Program-made: the position numbers and the translations under genes | Shown: in pieces, positions 40,036 through 52,924 of the stretch | Position numbering within the stretch: position 1 is the first letter of the stretch | Layout of the letters: every line of letters begins with the position of its first letter | NCBI RefSeq assembly: GCF_000737315.1 | Contig: NZ_JMCB01000013.1 | Coordinates: forward strand, 186,001-250,000 | Direction of reading: 5' to 3' | Source: Hyalangium minutum | Lineage (GTDB): Bacteria; Myxococcota; Myxococcia; Myxococcales; Myxococcaceae | Length of the DNA stretch: 64,000 nucleotides | The notes under the pieces: generated by a model | What the model was told of the DNA's origin: nothing | Database searches by the model: none | The model's input: the letters and a program-made list of their open reading frames with translations, nothing else

Positions 40036-41121
40036 GTGGGCCGCTCTCGGCGCAGGGGTGCGTCCTGGGTGCTCGGAGGGGTGCTCGCGGGGGCTCTCTC
40101 GGCGTGCCAGGCGGGGAACACGCCTGCGCTGCTCGCCCGGGCCGAGCAGAGCCTCGAGGAAAGCCGGGGCCAGCTGAGCCGCGAGCTGGATCAGCGCAAG
40201 GGGGTGGGCCTCATGGGGGCCTCGCTCACCGGGTGCTCCCTGGAGCGCCGCAAGGCCTACGAGCTGGACGCCGAGCAGGAGGCCACCTTGGGCCAGGCCG
40301 TCGCCGCGCGTCAGCTTGCGCTGCTGGGCGTCGAGCCGCTGCCCACCACGGAGCCGGTGGCGCGTTACGTGGATCAGCTCGGGCAGTACCTCGCGCTCGT
40401 GGCCGCAGCGGTAGGCAACGCCAACGGCCCGGATCGCGCCAGCGGACCCGAGCGGGCCCTCGACAACCGCCCCTGGCCTCACGCGGGCTACCAGTTCCAG
40501 GTGCTGCCGCTGGAAGAGCCGCGGGCCTCGGGATCTCCCGGGGGCATCGTCTTCATTTCCACGGGCTTCCTGCGCGCGATGGGCAGCGAGGAGGAACTGG
40601 CTGCGGTGCTGTCCCATGAGCTGGCCCACCTGCAGCGCGGGCACGGCGTAGAAGCCATCAAGGCTGCCCTGTGTGACTACGAAGCGCGCCAGGAGTCCTC
40701 GGCCAAGCTTCAGTCCTTCAATCAGCGTCTCAAGCTGCAGCGCCAGACGGCCGCTGCAGGCTCTCGGACGGCGGAGGAGGCGGCGAACCTCTCCCGCGAG
40801 GGCTTCCCCGAGGGGCTCGAGTTGGAGGCGGACCGTATTGCCGTGCGCATTCTGCTGGCCGCGGGGTACGACGCCCGAGCCTTCACCGGGCTGCTCCAGC
40901 GTCTCAACCTGGAGGCCCCCGCCAAGCACCCCTGGCGCCGCACGCACCCGCAGCCTCGGGAGCGGGTGGCGGTGGTGGAGGAGCGGCTGAAGGCGCTCGG
41001 GCCTTCGCAGGCCTGGCCCACACCCGAGACGGTGGCTTCACGAACCCAGCGCTTCCACGAGGCCATGAGCGTACTGCCCACCCCGGTGGCAGGACCGCAA
41101 TCCCTCCTCCCGCCCCCGTAG
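40036..41121 (+). CDS. M48-family zinc metallopeptidase, lipoprotein
   Basis: Lipobox ALSAC; ASGSPGG.VFISTG, HELAH (HExxH), ELEAD and RTHPQP. Confidence 0.88.
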   Translation: MGRSRRRGASWVLGGVLAGALSACQAGNTPALLARAEQSLEESRGQLSRELDQRKGVGLMGASLTGCSLERRKAYELDAEQEATLGQAVAARQLALLGVEPLPTTEPVARYVDQLGQYLALVAAAVGNANGPDRASGPERALDNRPWPHAGYQFQVLPLEEPRASGSPGGIVFISTGFLRAMGSEEELAAVLSHELAHLQRGHGVEAIKAALCDYEARQESSAKLQSFNQRLKLQRQTAAAGSRTAEEAANLSREGFPEGLELEADRIAVRILLAAGYDARAFTGLLQRLNLEAPAKHPWRRTHPQPRERVAVVEERLKALGPSQAWPTPETVASRTQRFHEAMSVLPTPVAGPQSLLPPP

Positions 41122-41132
41122 GCGCGAGCGGT

Positions 41133-41489
41133 CTACGGATCCTCGTCCGGGTTGCCGAAGAGCTCGCGGATGGGCTTGTCCTCGGCAATGTGCTCGGTCA
41201 CCACCCGGCGCATCTTCTCGGGCGTCATCCGCGAGTAATAAACCTCCCCAGGCCAGCCCATGAGCTGGAAGTCCTCGGGAGAGAGCGGATCCCGCTTGCG
41301 CCCGGTGTCCTCGCGGATCACCACGTTGGGGCCCATGTGGCAGAAGCCGTAGCAGCCGCCCCGGTACGCCTCGCAGCGCGGAACGAGGGCTCGCTGGGCG
41401 AGTTCCTCCTTGGCCGCGGCGAACACGGCATCGGACCCGTTGCCCTTGCAGTCCATGCCTTTGCACACGGAGAGGCGGTAGCGCTTCAT
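41133..41489 (-). CDS. Thioredoxin-like [2Fe-2S] ferredoxin (NuoE-fold)
   Basis: CKGMDC ... CYGFCHMGPNV (C-x4-C...C-x3-C) and YYSRMTPE. Confidence 0.85.
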   Translation of the reverse strand: MKRYRLSVCKGMDCKGNGSDAVFAAAKEELAQRALVPRCEAYRGGCYGFCHMGPNVVIREDTGRKRDPLSPEDFQLMGWPGEVYYSRMTPEKMRRVVTEHIAEDKPIRELFGNPDEDP

Positions 41490-41622
41490 CGGGTTCACCC
41501 TACGGGAGTTGCCAGAGACGGGGAAGAGGCGGCCAGGCGAGCGGCCCCCTGAAACGGCACCGGCCCGCGTCCGCTTCCTCGGCAGAGGGAGCAGGGCGGG
41601 CCGGAGCACCCAGCGCGTGGGG

Positions 41623-42342
41623 TTACTTGTGCTTCGGAGCCGTGCCCGCGTGCAGCTGCTTGGGCTCGTGGCCCTTGCCCACGGCGTGCGGCGTCTTGAG
41701 CTGCACCAGGCCCTCGCCAATGCGCGTGTGGGCCTCCTTGTGCACGTGGTGCGGCTCCTCGGAGCCCTCGCGCTTGTTCCACGGATCCGACGGGTGCGAC
41801 ACCGCCGGGCCCTTCAGCAGCTTGGGGATGTCGTACACGAAGCCCTGGCGGTTGTACTCGGGCTTGGTGTGCTCGTAGGTGTCCATGCGGATGGCGTCCT
41901 TGGGGCACGCCTCCACGCACAGGCCGCAGACGATGCAGCGCAGCTCGTCGATGACGAACTGAGTGGGGTACTTCTCGATGACGCGAGACTCACCCTCCTT
42001 GTCCGCGTGCTCGTACTCACCCGCCTCGATGTAGATGCACTGCGCCGGGCAGATGGTGGCGCACATGTAGCAAGCCACGCAGCGCGGCTTGCCATCATCC
42101 CGAGGAACCAGGCGGTGCAGCCCGCGGTAGCCGGGAGGGTAGGGGATCTTCTCTTCCGGGTACTCGACGGTGGTGATGAGGCTGGTGCCCTTGCGGTCCA
42201 CCACCGAGGTGTTCGTGTCGCGCGTTCCGAAGAGGTTCCGGAAGAAGTGGCGCGCGGTGATGCCCAGCCCCTTGAGGAGCTCCGGGAGATAGGCCCGCTC
42301 GCGGACATCCGTGCGGGGATCTTGGGTCGCCTTGTAGCCCAT
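41623..42342 (-). CDS. nuoI: NADH:quinone oxidoreductase subunit I
   Basis: [24 protein letters not shown] and [12 protein letters not shown]. Confidence 0.95.
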   Translation of the reverse strand: MGYKATQDPRTDVRERAYLPELLKGLGITARHFFRNLFGTRDTNTSVVDRKGTSLITTVEYPEEKIPYPPGYRGLHRLVPRDDGKPRCVACYMCATICPAQCIYIEAGEYEHADKEGESRVIEKYPTQFVIDELRCIVCGLCVEACPKDAIRMDTYEHTKPEYNRQGFVYDIPKLLKGPAVSHPSDPWNKREGSEEPHHVHKEAHTRIGEGLVQLKTPHAVGKGHEPKQLHAGTAPKHK

Positions 42343-42368
42343 GACAGTCCTTGTCTTTCCTCGGAAGC

Positions 42369-43883
42369 CTAATGCGTGGAGGCCGTGTGTGCACCTGCGT
42401 GGGCCGGGGCGTGCCCGCCCAGCGTCGCCGAGGCGTGGCCCGCCGCCGGCAGCGCGTGGCCGTGAGCCGCACCCGGCAGCCCGTGCGCGTCATGTCCACC
42501 GCCGTGGCCCAGGGCGCCGTGGCCCCCGCCGTGGCCGGGCTCACCCTTGACCATCTCCTTGCTGGAGAGCGTCAGGGCCACCAGCACGCCAATCTGGAAG
42601 AGCCCGAACAGCGCCAGGTAGCGCAGCGAGGGATCCCACAGCACCAGCGCGCCGCTGATGAACACGTTGGCCAGGCCCACGGGCAGCAGCATCTTCCAGC
42701 CCAGCGTCTGGATCTGATCGTAGCGGAAGCGGGGGAACGTCCAGCGGATGAGCAGCTGCAGGAAGCACAGCAGCAGCACCTTGATCCAGAAGATCGTCCC
42801 CATCAGCGTGGCGTACACCAGCGGGTAGTCCCGCAGGTGGCTGGCCACCCACTCGCCGCCGAAGGGCAGGTGGTAGCCGCCAAAGAAGAGCGCCGCGACG
42901 ACGCCCGACAGCACCACCACCTCGACGAACTCGGAGATCATGAACAGGCCGAACTGCATGCCCGAGTACTCCACGAAGTAGCCGATGATCTCGGACTCAC
43001 CTTCCGGCACGTCGAACGGGGCGCGCTTCGTCTCGGCGAAGGCCGCCGCGAAGAAGCCGATGAAGCCAATGGGCTGCAGGATGATGCCCCACGTCGGCAG
43101 GCCGAAGTCGAAGCCCTCGCCCGCGGCGCCGCCCGTCCACTGCCACAGGTAGCGCGCCTGGCCGGAGGCCTCGCTGCCCGTCTCCGCCGCCAGCGCGCCG
43201 ACGATGGACGGCAGCTGCACGGAGGAGAACGCCAGCATGAGGCCCACCAGCGACAGGCCCAGCGCCACCTCGTAGGAGATCATCTGCGAGGAGGCGCGCA
43301 CGCCGCCCAGCAGGGCGAACTTGTTGTTGGAGGCCCAGCCGGCCAGCGCCGTGCCGTACACCGCCAGCGAGGCGATGGCGAACAGGTAGAGCAGGCCGAA
43401 GTCCGGGGTGGCCACCACCATGTCCACGTTGTGGCCGAACACCTGCACCGAGGGGCCCGCGGGGACGATGGCGAACAGGGCGAACACCGGCCCGAACGCC
43501 AGCAGAGGCCCCAGGTTGAACAGGAACTTGTTCGCGTTCTCCGGCCGGAAGGCCTCCTTGGTCAGCATCTTCAAGGAGTCCGCCGCCACGAAGGGCAGGC
43601 CCGCCAGCGAGCGGTTCTTCAGGCCCGGCAGGGCGATGCGCGCGCGGTTCGGGCCGATGCGGTCCTGCATCAGCGCGCTCCACTTGCGCTCGGCCAGCGT
43701 GAGCAGCGTGGCGATGACCATCACGAACAGGAGCATCAGGAAGATGATGTTCGTGAGCCGGCTGGCGCCGGTGAACAGGTACTGCTCCGCCAGGCCACCC
43801 ACCACGTAGGTGCCGAGCACCACGGCGGCGAGCAGGCCGATGATGAAGCCGATGGCGAAGAGGACAGTGAGAATGCGAGCCAT
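42369..43883 (-). CDS. nuoH: NADH:quinone oxidoreductase subunit H
   Basis: [47 protein letters not shown] and PRFRYDQ; His-rich C-terminal tail. Confidence 0.95.
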   Translation of the reverse strand: MARILTVLFAIGFIIGLLAAVVLGTYVVGGLAEQYLFTGASRLTNIIFLMLLFVMVIATLLTLAERKWSALMQDRIGPNRARIALPGLKNRSLAGLPFVAADSLKMLTKEAFRPENANKFLFNLGPLLAFGPVFALFAIVPAGPSVQVFGHNVDMVVATPDFGLLYLFAIASLAVYGTALAGWASNNKFALLGGVRASSQMISYEVALGLSLVGLMLAFSSVQLPSIVGALAAETGSEASGQARYLWQWTGGAAGEGFDFGLPTWGIILQPIGFIGFFAAAFAETKRAPFDVPEGESEIIGYFVEYSGMQFGLFMISEFVEVVVLSGVVAALFFGGYHLPFGGEWVASHLRDYPLVYATLMGTIFWIKVLLLCFLQLLIRWTFPRFRYDQIQTLGWKMLLPVGLANVFISGALVLWDPSLRYLALFGLFQIGVLVALTLSSKEMVKGEPGHGGGHGALGHGGGHDAHGLPGAAHGHALPAAGHASATLGGHAPAHAGAHTASTH

Positions 43884-45766
<1,883 letters not shown>

Positions 45767-45770
<4 letters not shown>

Positions 45771-47017
45771 TGCTCGACCTCGCCGCCGATCATGTTGATC
45801 ATGTCAAAGGTGGGAATGAGGTCCGCCAGCATCTTCCCCTCGATGATCTGAGGAATGGCGGAGAGGATGGGGAAGCCCGGCGCGCGGACGTGGACCTTGT
45901 AGGGCCGGCCGCCGCCGTCGCTCACCAGGTACCAGCCCAGCTCGCCGTTGGCCGCCTCGGTGCTGTCGTACACCTCGCCCGGCGGCACCGGGATGCCCTC
46001 CATCACCAGCTTGAAGTGCGACATGACACCTTCGATGGTGCCGTACACCTCGGGCTTGGGCGGCAGGGCGATGCGCCAGTCATCCACGATGATGGGGCCG
46101 CTGGGCAGCTTGGCCAGCGCCTGCCGGATGATGCGATCCGACTGCTTCATCTCCTCGAGCCGCATGATGTAGCGGTCGTAGTTGTCGCCGTGCGTGCCCA
46201 CCGGCACATCGAAGTCCAGCTGGCTGTAGACCCAGTAGGGCTTGGCCTTGCGCACGTCGTAGTCCACGCCAGCGGCGCGCAGGCAGGGGCCGGTGAAGCC
46301 AAAGTCCAGGGCATCCTCGGCGGAGAGGAGGCCGGTGCCCTTCATGCGGTCCACGAAGATGCGGTTCTTCATCAGCAGCCCCTCGACCTCCACGAGGAGC
46401 TCCTGGATCTTGTCCAGGGACTTGATCGTCTTCGGGATCCACCCCTCGGGCAGGTCGCGGTTGAGGCCGCCCACGCGCCCGTAGCTGGTGGTGAGGCGCG
46501 CGCCGGTCAGCTCCGTCACGCGGTCCATGATGAGCTCACGGCCCTCGATGGCGTAGAGGAACGGAGCGAACCCGCCGAGCTCCAGCGCCGTGGCGCCCAC
46601 GCACGTGAGGTGATCGTGCATGCGGTGCAGCTCGGAGGCGATCACGCGGATGTACTGGGCGCGCTCAGGGATCTCCAGGCCGATGAGCTTCTCCACGGCG
46701 TTGAGGAACCCGAAGTTGTTCATCATCGCCGAGTTGTAGTTGAGCCGGTCCGTGTACGGCAGACACTGCGTCCACGTGACGTTCTCGCAGCTCTTCTGGA
46801 AGCCTCGGTGGAGGAAGCCGATCTCCGGGTCGGCCTTGATGATCGTCTCTCCCTCCAGCTCCACCTTCATGCGCACGGTGCCGTGCATGGCGGGGTGAGA
46901 GGGGCCCATGTTGATGTACATCCGCTTGGGCTGGAGGTGAGCCTCCAGCTCCGACTCGTGGGCGTACGCGTCGGTGTCCGGGTTGGGCGCTTCAGGCTGC
47001 TTGGAAGGGTCCGACAT
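45767..47017 (-). CDS. nuoD: NADH:quinone oxidoreductase subunit D
   Basis: NMGPSHPAMHGTVR, IGFLHRG, TDRLNY, GELGWY and GGEVEQ. Confidence 0.96.
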
Positions 47018-47054
47018 GGAGGAGAGTCCTCGGAAGGCGAAAGGGGCCGGGGCT

Positions 47055-47588
47055 TCAGGAGAGGCCGCTGGTGCCGGGGCCGCGGAAGATGTCCTTGATG
47101 GGGCGCTCGGGGATCAGCGGCTGCCGGTCGCGCAGGGCGTAGTCCTTGCGCAGCGGGTGCCCCTGGAACTCGTCGTACATGAGGATGCGGCGCAGATCCG
47201 GATGGCCCACGAACTTGATGCCGTAGAAGTCGTAGGTGAGGCGCTCCCACCAGTTGGCGCCCTTGTAGAGAGGAACCAGCGAGGGCACCTCGGGAGTCGT
47301 CTCGGTGACGCGCACCTTGAGGCGCACGTGCTCGTTTCGCGTGAGCGAGTAGAGGATGTAGATGATCTCGAAGCGCGGATCGCTCTCGGCCAGGTGCAGC
47401 CGGTCCACGGCATCGATGGAGCCGAAGAGCTTGAAGTTCAGCTCCGGATCATTGCGGAGATACGCCGCCACCTTCGGCAGGTGCTGAGCATGGATGACGG
47501 CCCAGGCGCCGCCGGCCCTGTCGTCGTAGCGCTCCGCGACCGCCTCCGGAAGGTGGGCGGAGACCCTGTCCAACGCGAATGTGCTCAA
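47055..47588 (-). CDS. nuoC: NADH:quinone oxidoreductase subunit C
   Basis: RFEIIYILYS, ERLTYDFYGIKFVGHPDLRRILM and GHPLRKDY; TTG start uncertain. Confidence 0.93.
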   Translation of the reverse strand: MSTFALDRVSAHLPEAVAERYDDRAGGAWAVIHAQHLPKVAAYLRNDPELNFKLFGSIDAVDRLHLAESDPRFEIIYILYSLTRNEHVRLKVRVTETTPEVPSLVPLYKGANWWERLTYDFYGIKFVGHPDLRRILMYDEFQGHPLRKDYALRDRQPLIPERPIKDIFRGPGTSGLS

Positions 47589-47702
47589 AAGGGGGCCCCA
47601 ATGGCAGAAGAATCCGCGGCTTTATAGGGAGGGCAGCCCGCAGCGTCAACGTAAAACCCCCAGCCATGTAGGGCACTTACGCGCGCTAGAAGCGAGGGGG
47701 CC

Positions 47703-48977
47703 TCAGGCGGCGGCGGAGGTGCCCCCAGGGCGGGCGGATCCGTGGGGCTCGGGAATGAAGAGCGAGACGGGCAGCGTCTTGCCGGGGACGGTGGCCGGGG
47801 GGGCCTCTCGCCAGAGGAAGGCCTCTCCCGCCTGCTCACGGGTCGTCCGGGACACCAGCACGGGGGCGCCCGCCGTCTTGGTGAGGCGCTCAATGCGGCT
47901 GGCCAGGTTCACGGTGTCGCCAATGGCGGTGTACTCCAGGCGCCGGGTGGAAGAGCCGATGTTGCCCAGCACCACGGGCCCAGTGTGGACACCTACACCC
48001 ATTCGCAGGCCTGGCTCGCCCCGGGCGGCGCGCTCGGCGTTGACGGCCTCGAGCTCGGCCACCATGTCCAGGGCGCACTGCACGCCCCGCCGGGCATGCT
48101 CGGCATCCGCGATGGGAGCGCCGAAGTACACCATCAGTGCGTCGCCGATGAACTTGTCGAGCGTGCCGCCATGGCGGAATACCACCTCCACCATGCGCCC
48201 GTAGTACTCGTTGAGGATGGCCACCACCTGCTGGGGGGGCAGGCGCTCGCTGAGGGCGGTGAAGTCCCGGATGTCGGCGAACAGGAGCGTCACCTCGCGC
48301 AGCTCTGGGTGGGTCTTCGAGATGGCCAGATCCTGGAGCCGCTCGGCGACGGCAGGGGAGAAGTAGCGGCCGAGCCGGGCCCGCTTGAGCTCCTCGCGCG
48401 TGACGGCCGAGAGCAGGGCGCGGATGCGCAGCAGCAGGTGGGAGGCGCCCGCGGCGCTGGCTGCCAGGACGACCACGGCGGCCACCTGCGCGCCGATGGC
48501 GATGCCGGCCTGCTGTTGGAGCAGCACCTCCGTGATGGCCGCGACCCCGGTGACCGCCAAGGTCCCCAGGCGGCGCAGGGAGAGGGCGGACAGGAGGATG
48601 AGGCAGACGTAGATGCCCAGGGTGAAGCCCGCCACGCCGCCTGGGGAGGGGGAGAGGGGCAGTGACAGGGTCTGGAGCCAGAAGATGGCGGGGACGTCGA
48701 CGAGGGCCAGCGTCATGCCGGACCAGCGCGCGATCCACTGGAAGTGGTAGACGCCGCCCAGGACGAGTGCGGTGACGGCCCAGTACGCAGCGAAGGGGGT
48801 GGAGTAGATGGCCCAGTCGGCGAGCCCGCGCAGGAAGCCCAGGTAGAGGGTGACGGCGAAGACGGCAGAGACGGCGAGGAAGCGCACCCACGACAGATGG
48901 AGCGCATTTCGCGCCCGCTCAGTGTCGAGTGCCCGCGAGAGGCTCTGCTCGGTAGTGGGCGCTGCCGCTTCCTTCAT
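47703..48977 (-). CDS. Multi-TM class III adenylate cyclase with a canonical active site
   Basis: About 6 TM segments; [21 protein letters not shown] and [16 protein letters not shown]. Confidence 0.93.
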   Translation of the reverse strand: MKEAAAPTTEQSLSRALDTERARNALHLSWVRFLAVSAVFAVTLYLGFLRGLADWAIYSTPFAAYWAVTALVLGGVYHFQWIARWSGMTLALVDVPAIFWLQTLSLPLSPSPGGVAGFTLGIYVCLILLSALSLRRLGTLAVTGVAAITEVLLQQQAGIAIGAQVAAVVVLAASAAGASHLLLRIRALLSAVTREELKRARLGRYFSPAVAERLQDLAISKTHPELREVTLLFADIRDFTALSERLPPQQVVAILNEYYGRMVEVVFRHGGTLDKFIGDALMVYFGAPIADAEHARRGVQCALDMVAELEAVNAERAARGEPGLRMGVGVHTGPVVLGNIGSSTRRLEYTAIGDTVNLASRIERLTKTAGAPVLVSRTTREQAGEAFLWREAPPATVPGKTLPVSLFIPEPHGSARPGGTSAAA

Positions 48978-49194
48978 GACGCCGGGCGTCCCTCCCGCTG
49001 TCCGTGTCAGCCGCTGGCACACTGTGGCACGGGTTGGGCGACCGTGCACGTTGCGTACCTCCTAAGAGGGCTCGTCTGTCCGGTTGGTGAGCTTTTGGGA
49101 AACAGAACCAGGTGGGTAGGCTCAAGTAGGCTCAGGCGTGGCGAGTCTCGTACCCTTCGACGCCGCAGTCATCGCAGCCGAACGGGTAGGAGGC

Positions 49195-50082
49195 CTAATT
49201 CGGCTGACAGACAAAGGGCCGGTCTGGCCTGTGTTGCCTGCAGACGTAGCCCTCAATGCACGCGTGGGGATCCTTTGGATCACACGGGGGCCTGCACCGC
49301 CATGCGTCGCAGATCAATCCGTCCCTGCACGAGGGATAATCCTCACCACACCGTTCCAGGCACTCCATCCACGCCTTATCGGGACGGGCGGGCTCTCGGA
49401 GCACCACGCACTCGCCGCCTCGCGGACAGGGAGCTTGTTGGCACTGGGGGCCATAAACGTGCGCGCACACGGAGACGCCTTCCTCGTACCGGACGCAGTG
49501 CTGATCCTCTGGGCACCCGCGTGTCTCACACGTAGGCAAGCACACCGGCTCTGGCGCTGTGTCCGCGCAAAAGAAGCCAGCGGGACACGCTGCGGCATCC
49601 TCTGTCTTGCAGGGCCGAGCACACCACGGTTTGCGAAGGCCGCCGCAAATCAATCCCGGCGCGCAGGCATCGTCGCGGCTCTCCCCCAACACATAGCAGG
49701 GCTCCCCTTCCTGCCGAACGCCCAAGGGTACGCAGTACCGCACCAAGGGGCCGTCTTCCACCGTGGCGATGGTGTGGCAGACTTGGCCGTCGGGGCATTG
49801 CGAGTCTGCGGTGCACTGACTGTCGGTGCAGATCTGCCGCCTGTAGCGCAATTCGGTGACGCACCCGAGAGGAGGCTCACACGGCTGACCGGCCCCGCAG
49901 CTGCGGCGGTACGTTAGGAACTGCGCGCGCTCCTCTGAGGTCAGCATTGGGCTGATACGCCTGCCACCCGCGCCCTTTTCAGGAAGGGTGGGCCGTAGCA
50001 CGCCGCCCAATAATATGGCGAGGGGCACTGGCAGCAGCAGACTGGCAAGAGTCGCCAGCAGGGGACGCCAGCTCACCCGCAT
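49195..50082 (-). CDS. Cysteine-rich exported or membrane-anchored protein
   Basis: N-terminal hydrophobic segment, then 32 Cys in repeated C-x5-C-x3-5-C modules (counted from the translation). Confidence 0.75.
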   Translation of the reverse strand: MRVSWRPLLATLASLLLPVPLAILLGGVLRPTLPEKGAGGRRISPMLTSEERAQFLTYRRSCGAGQPCEPPLGCVTELRYRRQICTDSQCTADSQCPDGQVCHTIATVEDGPLVRYCVPLGVRQEGEPCYVLGESRDDACAPGLICGGLRKPWCARPCKTEDAAACPAGFFCADTAPEPVCLPTCETRGCPEDQHCVRYEEGVSVCAHVYGPQCQQAPCPRGGECVVLREPARPDKAWMECLERCGEDYPSCRDGLICDAWRCRPPCDPKDPHACIEGYVCRQHRPDRPFVCQPN

Positions 50083-50285
50083 GTCCTGATACACTCCGGC
50101 GTGTTTTCCTTACCGCCGCCGCAGAGCTCGTCGTACGTCTTCTGGTCGCAATATTTACGGACGAGTTCCAGGGTGTCCTGATGGACGGCTTTGGCGACAC
50201 GACCCTCCTTGCCAAACTCTGAAGGACAGCCAGTCACCATCCAGAGCACCACCAGGAGCGTTCCTGCGTCACGCCAGCGCATCAT
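50073..50285 (-). CDS. Small Cys-containing lipoprotein
   Basis: MMRWRDAGTLLVVLWMVTGC lipobox and 4 further Cys; overlaps the start of the Cys-rich gene by 10 bp. Confidence 0.65.
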   Translation of the reverse strand: MMRWRDAGTLLVVLWMVTGCPSEFGKEGRVAKAVHQDTLELVRKYCDQKTYDELCGGGKENTPECIRTCG

Positions 50286-50374
50286 CCCCTCCTGCGAGCA
50301 CTGATGACCGTACCAAGAGTCAACGGACAGGGCCACGCTGCCGGAAACAGGTAACTCACGGCGGTAGGGGAGCC

Positions 50375-52414
50375 ATGGCGGACGCAGGGCTTTTCAGGTA
50401 CACGCGGCTCGTCGCCATGTCCGTCCGTGTTGCTCCCAGGCTCCTTCTCTGGACGCTCCTCGCCGCTCTCGTAGGCGCTGGGCTGGGGCTGGGGTTGTTT
50501 GCTCTGGAAACGGAGCGGTTGCTCAGCGCTGGACTGGTGGGCGTGGGCATCGATGTGGAGGGGCCCTATGCGGCGCTGATGAATGCGATCCGGCCGCTGC
50601 TGCCAGGGCTGCTCGCTCGGGTCGCGGCGGTGTATGGGGTTGGCGGCGCCGTGCTCGGGCTCTTGGCTGGAGGGCTCGCTCGCGCGTGGGGACGGCAGCG
50701 GTTGGCGTGGGTGATCCCTCATTGGCTCGTGCTGCTCGCACTGCTGGCCTGGGATCGCGCCATCGCCCGGCCCGCGCTCTTCGATGATCTGCCCGCGCTG
50801 CGCTCGGTGCTGGGCTGGCTCGTGGACCATGGCCAGCCCTGGCACCCGCGTGTGACCGTGGGGCTGTGGCTCGCTCTTCCCCTGGGTTGGCTTGCTTGGC
50901 GCTCTCGCGAACATCAGCGCTCCCTGGGCTTGGCATGTGGGGCCGTGGTGGCGGTGGGGTTGCTCGGGGCGTGGATCTCCCGGACACCCTCGGGTGGAGA
51001 GAGACATCCGCTCGTTGTCCTCATCGGGGTGGATGCGTTCCGCCCGGATCGGCTGAAGGCGCTCGGAGGCACAGGCGCGGTGGCGCCTCACCTCGATCGC
51101 TTCGTGGAAGAGGGCGCCACGCTCTTTACCCGCGCGTACACGACCATCGCTCAGACGGAACCCGCGTGGCGCTCACTGCTCACCGCGCGCTGGCCGCATC
51201 GCACCGGCGTCCGTTACTCGCTCACGGCCGAGTCCCGCTGGATCCCCACCTCCACCTTTCCTGCGCGCTTCGCGGATGCCCACTGGCGCACCGTGTTTGC
51301 CACGGATTGCTCGCGCTTCCACGCCGAGGGCCCGGACTCCGGTTTCGCCACGCGCCTCCAGCCGCCTCGGGGCGCGGTGAACTTCCTGCTGGAGAAACTC
51401 CGCTACCGCGCCGTGGGCCTGTTCGCCGATCACCGGCTCGGCGCCGCGTGGCTGCCCGAGTTCATCGACAACCGCGCCCTCGCGGGCATCCACGATCCCA
51501 TCGGCTACGCGGATCGGCTCGCGGCGCGGCTCGTCTTGGAGGCCTCCCAAGGCCCCACACTGTTCGCCTTCCACGCCACCGCAGCGCATTTCCCGGGCGA
51601 CCCCACCTATCCCTTCTACCGGCGCTTCGTGGCTCCCTCCGAGCCGATCGAGCGCCGGCTGCGCATGCACTTCTCCCCGGTGGTGCCCGGCGCCGCCGGA
51701 GGTGCCGGTTCCTGGAACCGGGCCGGTGCTGAGGGGCTCTATGACGAGCTGCTCGCCCAGGCCGATGCACAGGTGGGTCAGCTCTTCGACGCGCTGAAGC
51801 GGACCGGACGCTACGACGACGCGCTCATCGTCCTGTTCTCGGATCACGGCGAGAGCTTCCACGCGGACCGGCCGGACCTCGCAGGTGCCACCTCGGTGCA
51901 CGGCGCCCGGCTCTCCGAGGAGGAGAACCGTGTGCTCCTGGCGGTGAAGCTCCCCCGAGGCCAACAGGCCCCCGCTCGTGTGGATACCCTCGTCCGGCTG
52001 TTGGACATGGGCCCCACGCTGCTGGAGTTGTCCCAACTCCCATCTCTCCCGAGCGACGTGGATGGCGTCTCCCTCGCGCCTCTGTTGCGCGGAGAGCCCT
52101 TCCAGCCCCAGCCGCTCTACGCGGAGACGGGCTTCACGCACGTGAGCCCGGAGATCTTCGATCCAGGCCACTGGCCCGGAGCCCCTCGCAGCTTCGAGAC
52201 CTACCGCATCCGCCAGGATGGCGTGGTGGAGGTGGACGGCTCCGCCCACGACGCCATGGTCCGAGAGAAGGATCGCGGCGCCTTCGACGGGCAGCGCTGG
52301 CTGGTGGATCGCCCCCAGGCGGACGGCTCCACGAAGCGCACGTGCGTGGGCGACTGCGCGGAGCCCGCGGTGTTGTCTTCCTGGCTGGACGCGGTGCTGA
52401 GCCGCGCTCCCTGA
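50375..52414 (+). CDS. Membrane-anchored alkaline-phosphatase/sulfatase-superfamily protein
   Basis: Several N-terminal TM helices; LIGVDAFRPD, AQTEPAWRSLLT, AHFP and FSDHGE. Confidence 0.85.
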   Translation: MADAGLFRYTRLVAMSVRVAPRLLLWTLLAALVGAGLGLGLFALETERLLSAGLVGVGIDVEGPYAALMNAIRPLLPGLLARVAAVYGVGGAVLGLLAGGLARAWGRQRLAWVIPHWLVLLALLAWDRAIARPALFDDLPALRSVLGWLVDHGQPWHPRVTVGLWLALPLGWLAWRSREHQRSLGLACGAVVAVGLLGAWISRTPSGGERHPLVVLIGVDAFRPDRLKALGGTGAVAPHLDRFVEEGATLFTRAYTTIAQTEPAWRSLLTARWPHRTGVRYSLTAESRWIPTSTFPARFADAHWRTVFATDCSRFHAEGPDSGFATRLQPPRGAVNFLLEKLRYRAVGLFADHRLGAAWLPEFIDNRALAGIHDPIGYADRLAARLVLEASQGPTLFAFHATAAHFPGDPTYPFYRRFVAPSEPIERRLRMHFSPVVPGAAGGAGSWNRAGAEGLYDELLAQADAQVGQLFDALKRTGRYDDALIVLFSDHGESFHADRPDLAGATSVHGARLSEEENRVLLAVKLPRGQQAPARVDTLVRLLDMGPTLLELSQLPSLPSDVDGVSLAPLLRGEPFQPQPLYAETGFTHVSPEIFDPGHWPGAPRSFETYRIRQDGVVEVDGSAHDAMVREKDRGAFDGQRWLVDRPQADGSTKRTCVGDCAEPAVLSSWLDAVLSRAP

Positions 52415-52441
52415 CTTCGGGCTGGGGTAGGGTGCCGCCCC

Positions 52442-52912
52442 ATGTCGACGACGAATACCCAGAGCCTCCAGGAGCGCTACGCCCCTCACAACGCCTGCTT
52501 CGGTTGCGGCCCCGCCAACGAGAAGGGCCTCCGCATTCGCAGCATGGCGGAGGGCGATCTCGTGGTCGCCGAGTGGACCCCCTCCGAGCACCACCAGGCC
52601 TTCCCCGGTGTCCTCAACGGCGGGATCATCGGCTCGCTGCTGGACTGCCACTGCAACTGGACGGCGGCCTACCACCTCATGAAGCAGGCAGGAGCGGACT
52701 CGCCTCCCTGCACCGTCACGGCGGACTACAGCATCCAGCTCAAGCGTCCCACGCCCATGGGCCTGGTGCGGCTCGAGGCGAAGCCCGTGGAGCTCAAGGA
52801 GGACCGCGCCGTCATCGAGGGCACGCTCACCGCCAACGGCAAGGTGACGGCCACCTGCCGGGGCACCTTCGTGGCGGTGAAGCCGGGCCACCCCGCCTAC
52901 CACCGCTGGTAG
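52442..52912 (+). CDS. PaaI/hotdog-fold thioesterase
   Basis: CFGCGPAN..GL, HQAFPGVLNGG and VTADYSIQLKRP. Confidence 0.88.
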   Translation: MSTTNTQSLQERYAPHNACFGCGPANEKGLRIRSMAEGDLVVAEWTPSEHHQAFPGVLNGGIIGSLLDCHCNWTAAYHLMKQAGADSPPCTVTADYSIQLKRPTPMGLVRLEAKPVELKEDRAVIEGTLTANGKVTATCRGTFVAVKPGHPAYHRW

Positions 52913-52924
52913 CCCGCAAAGCCA

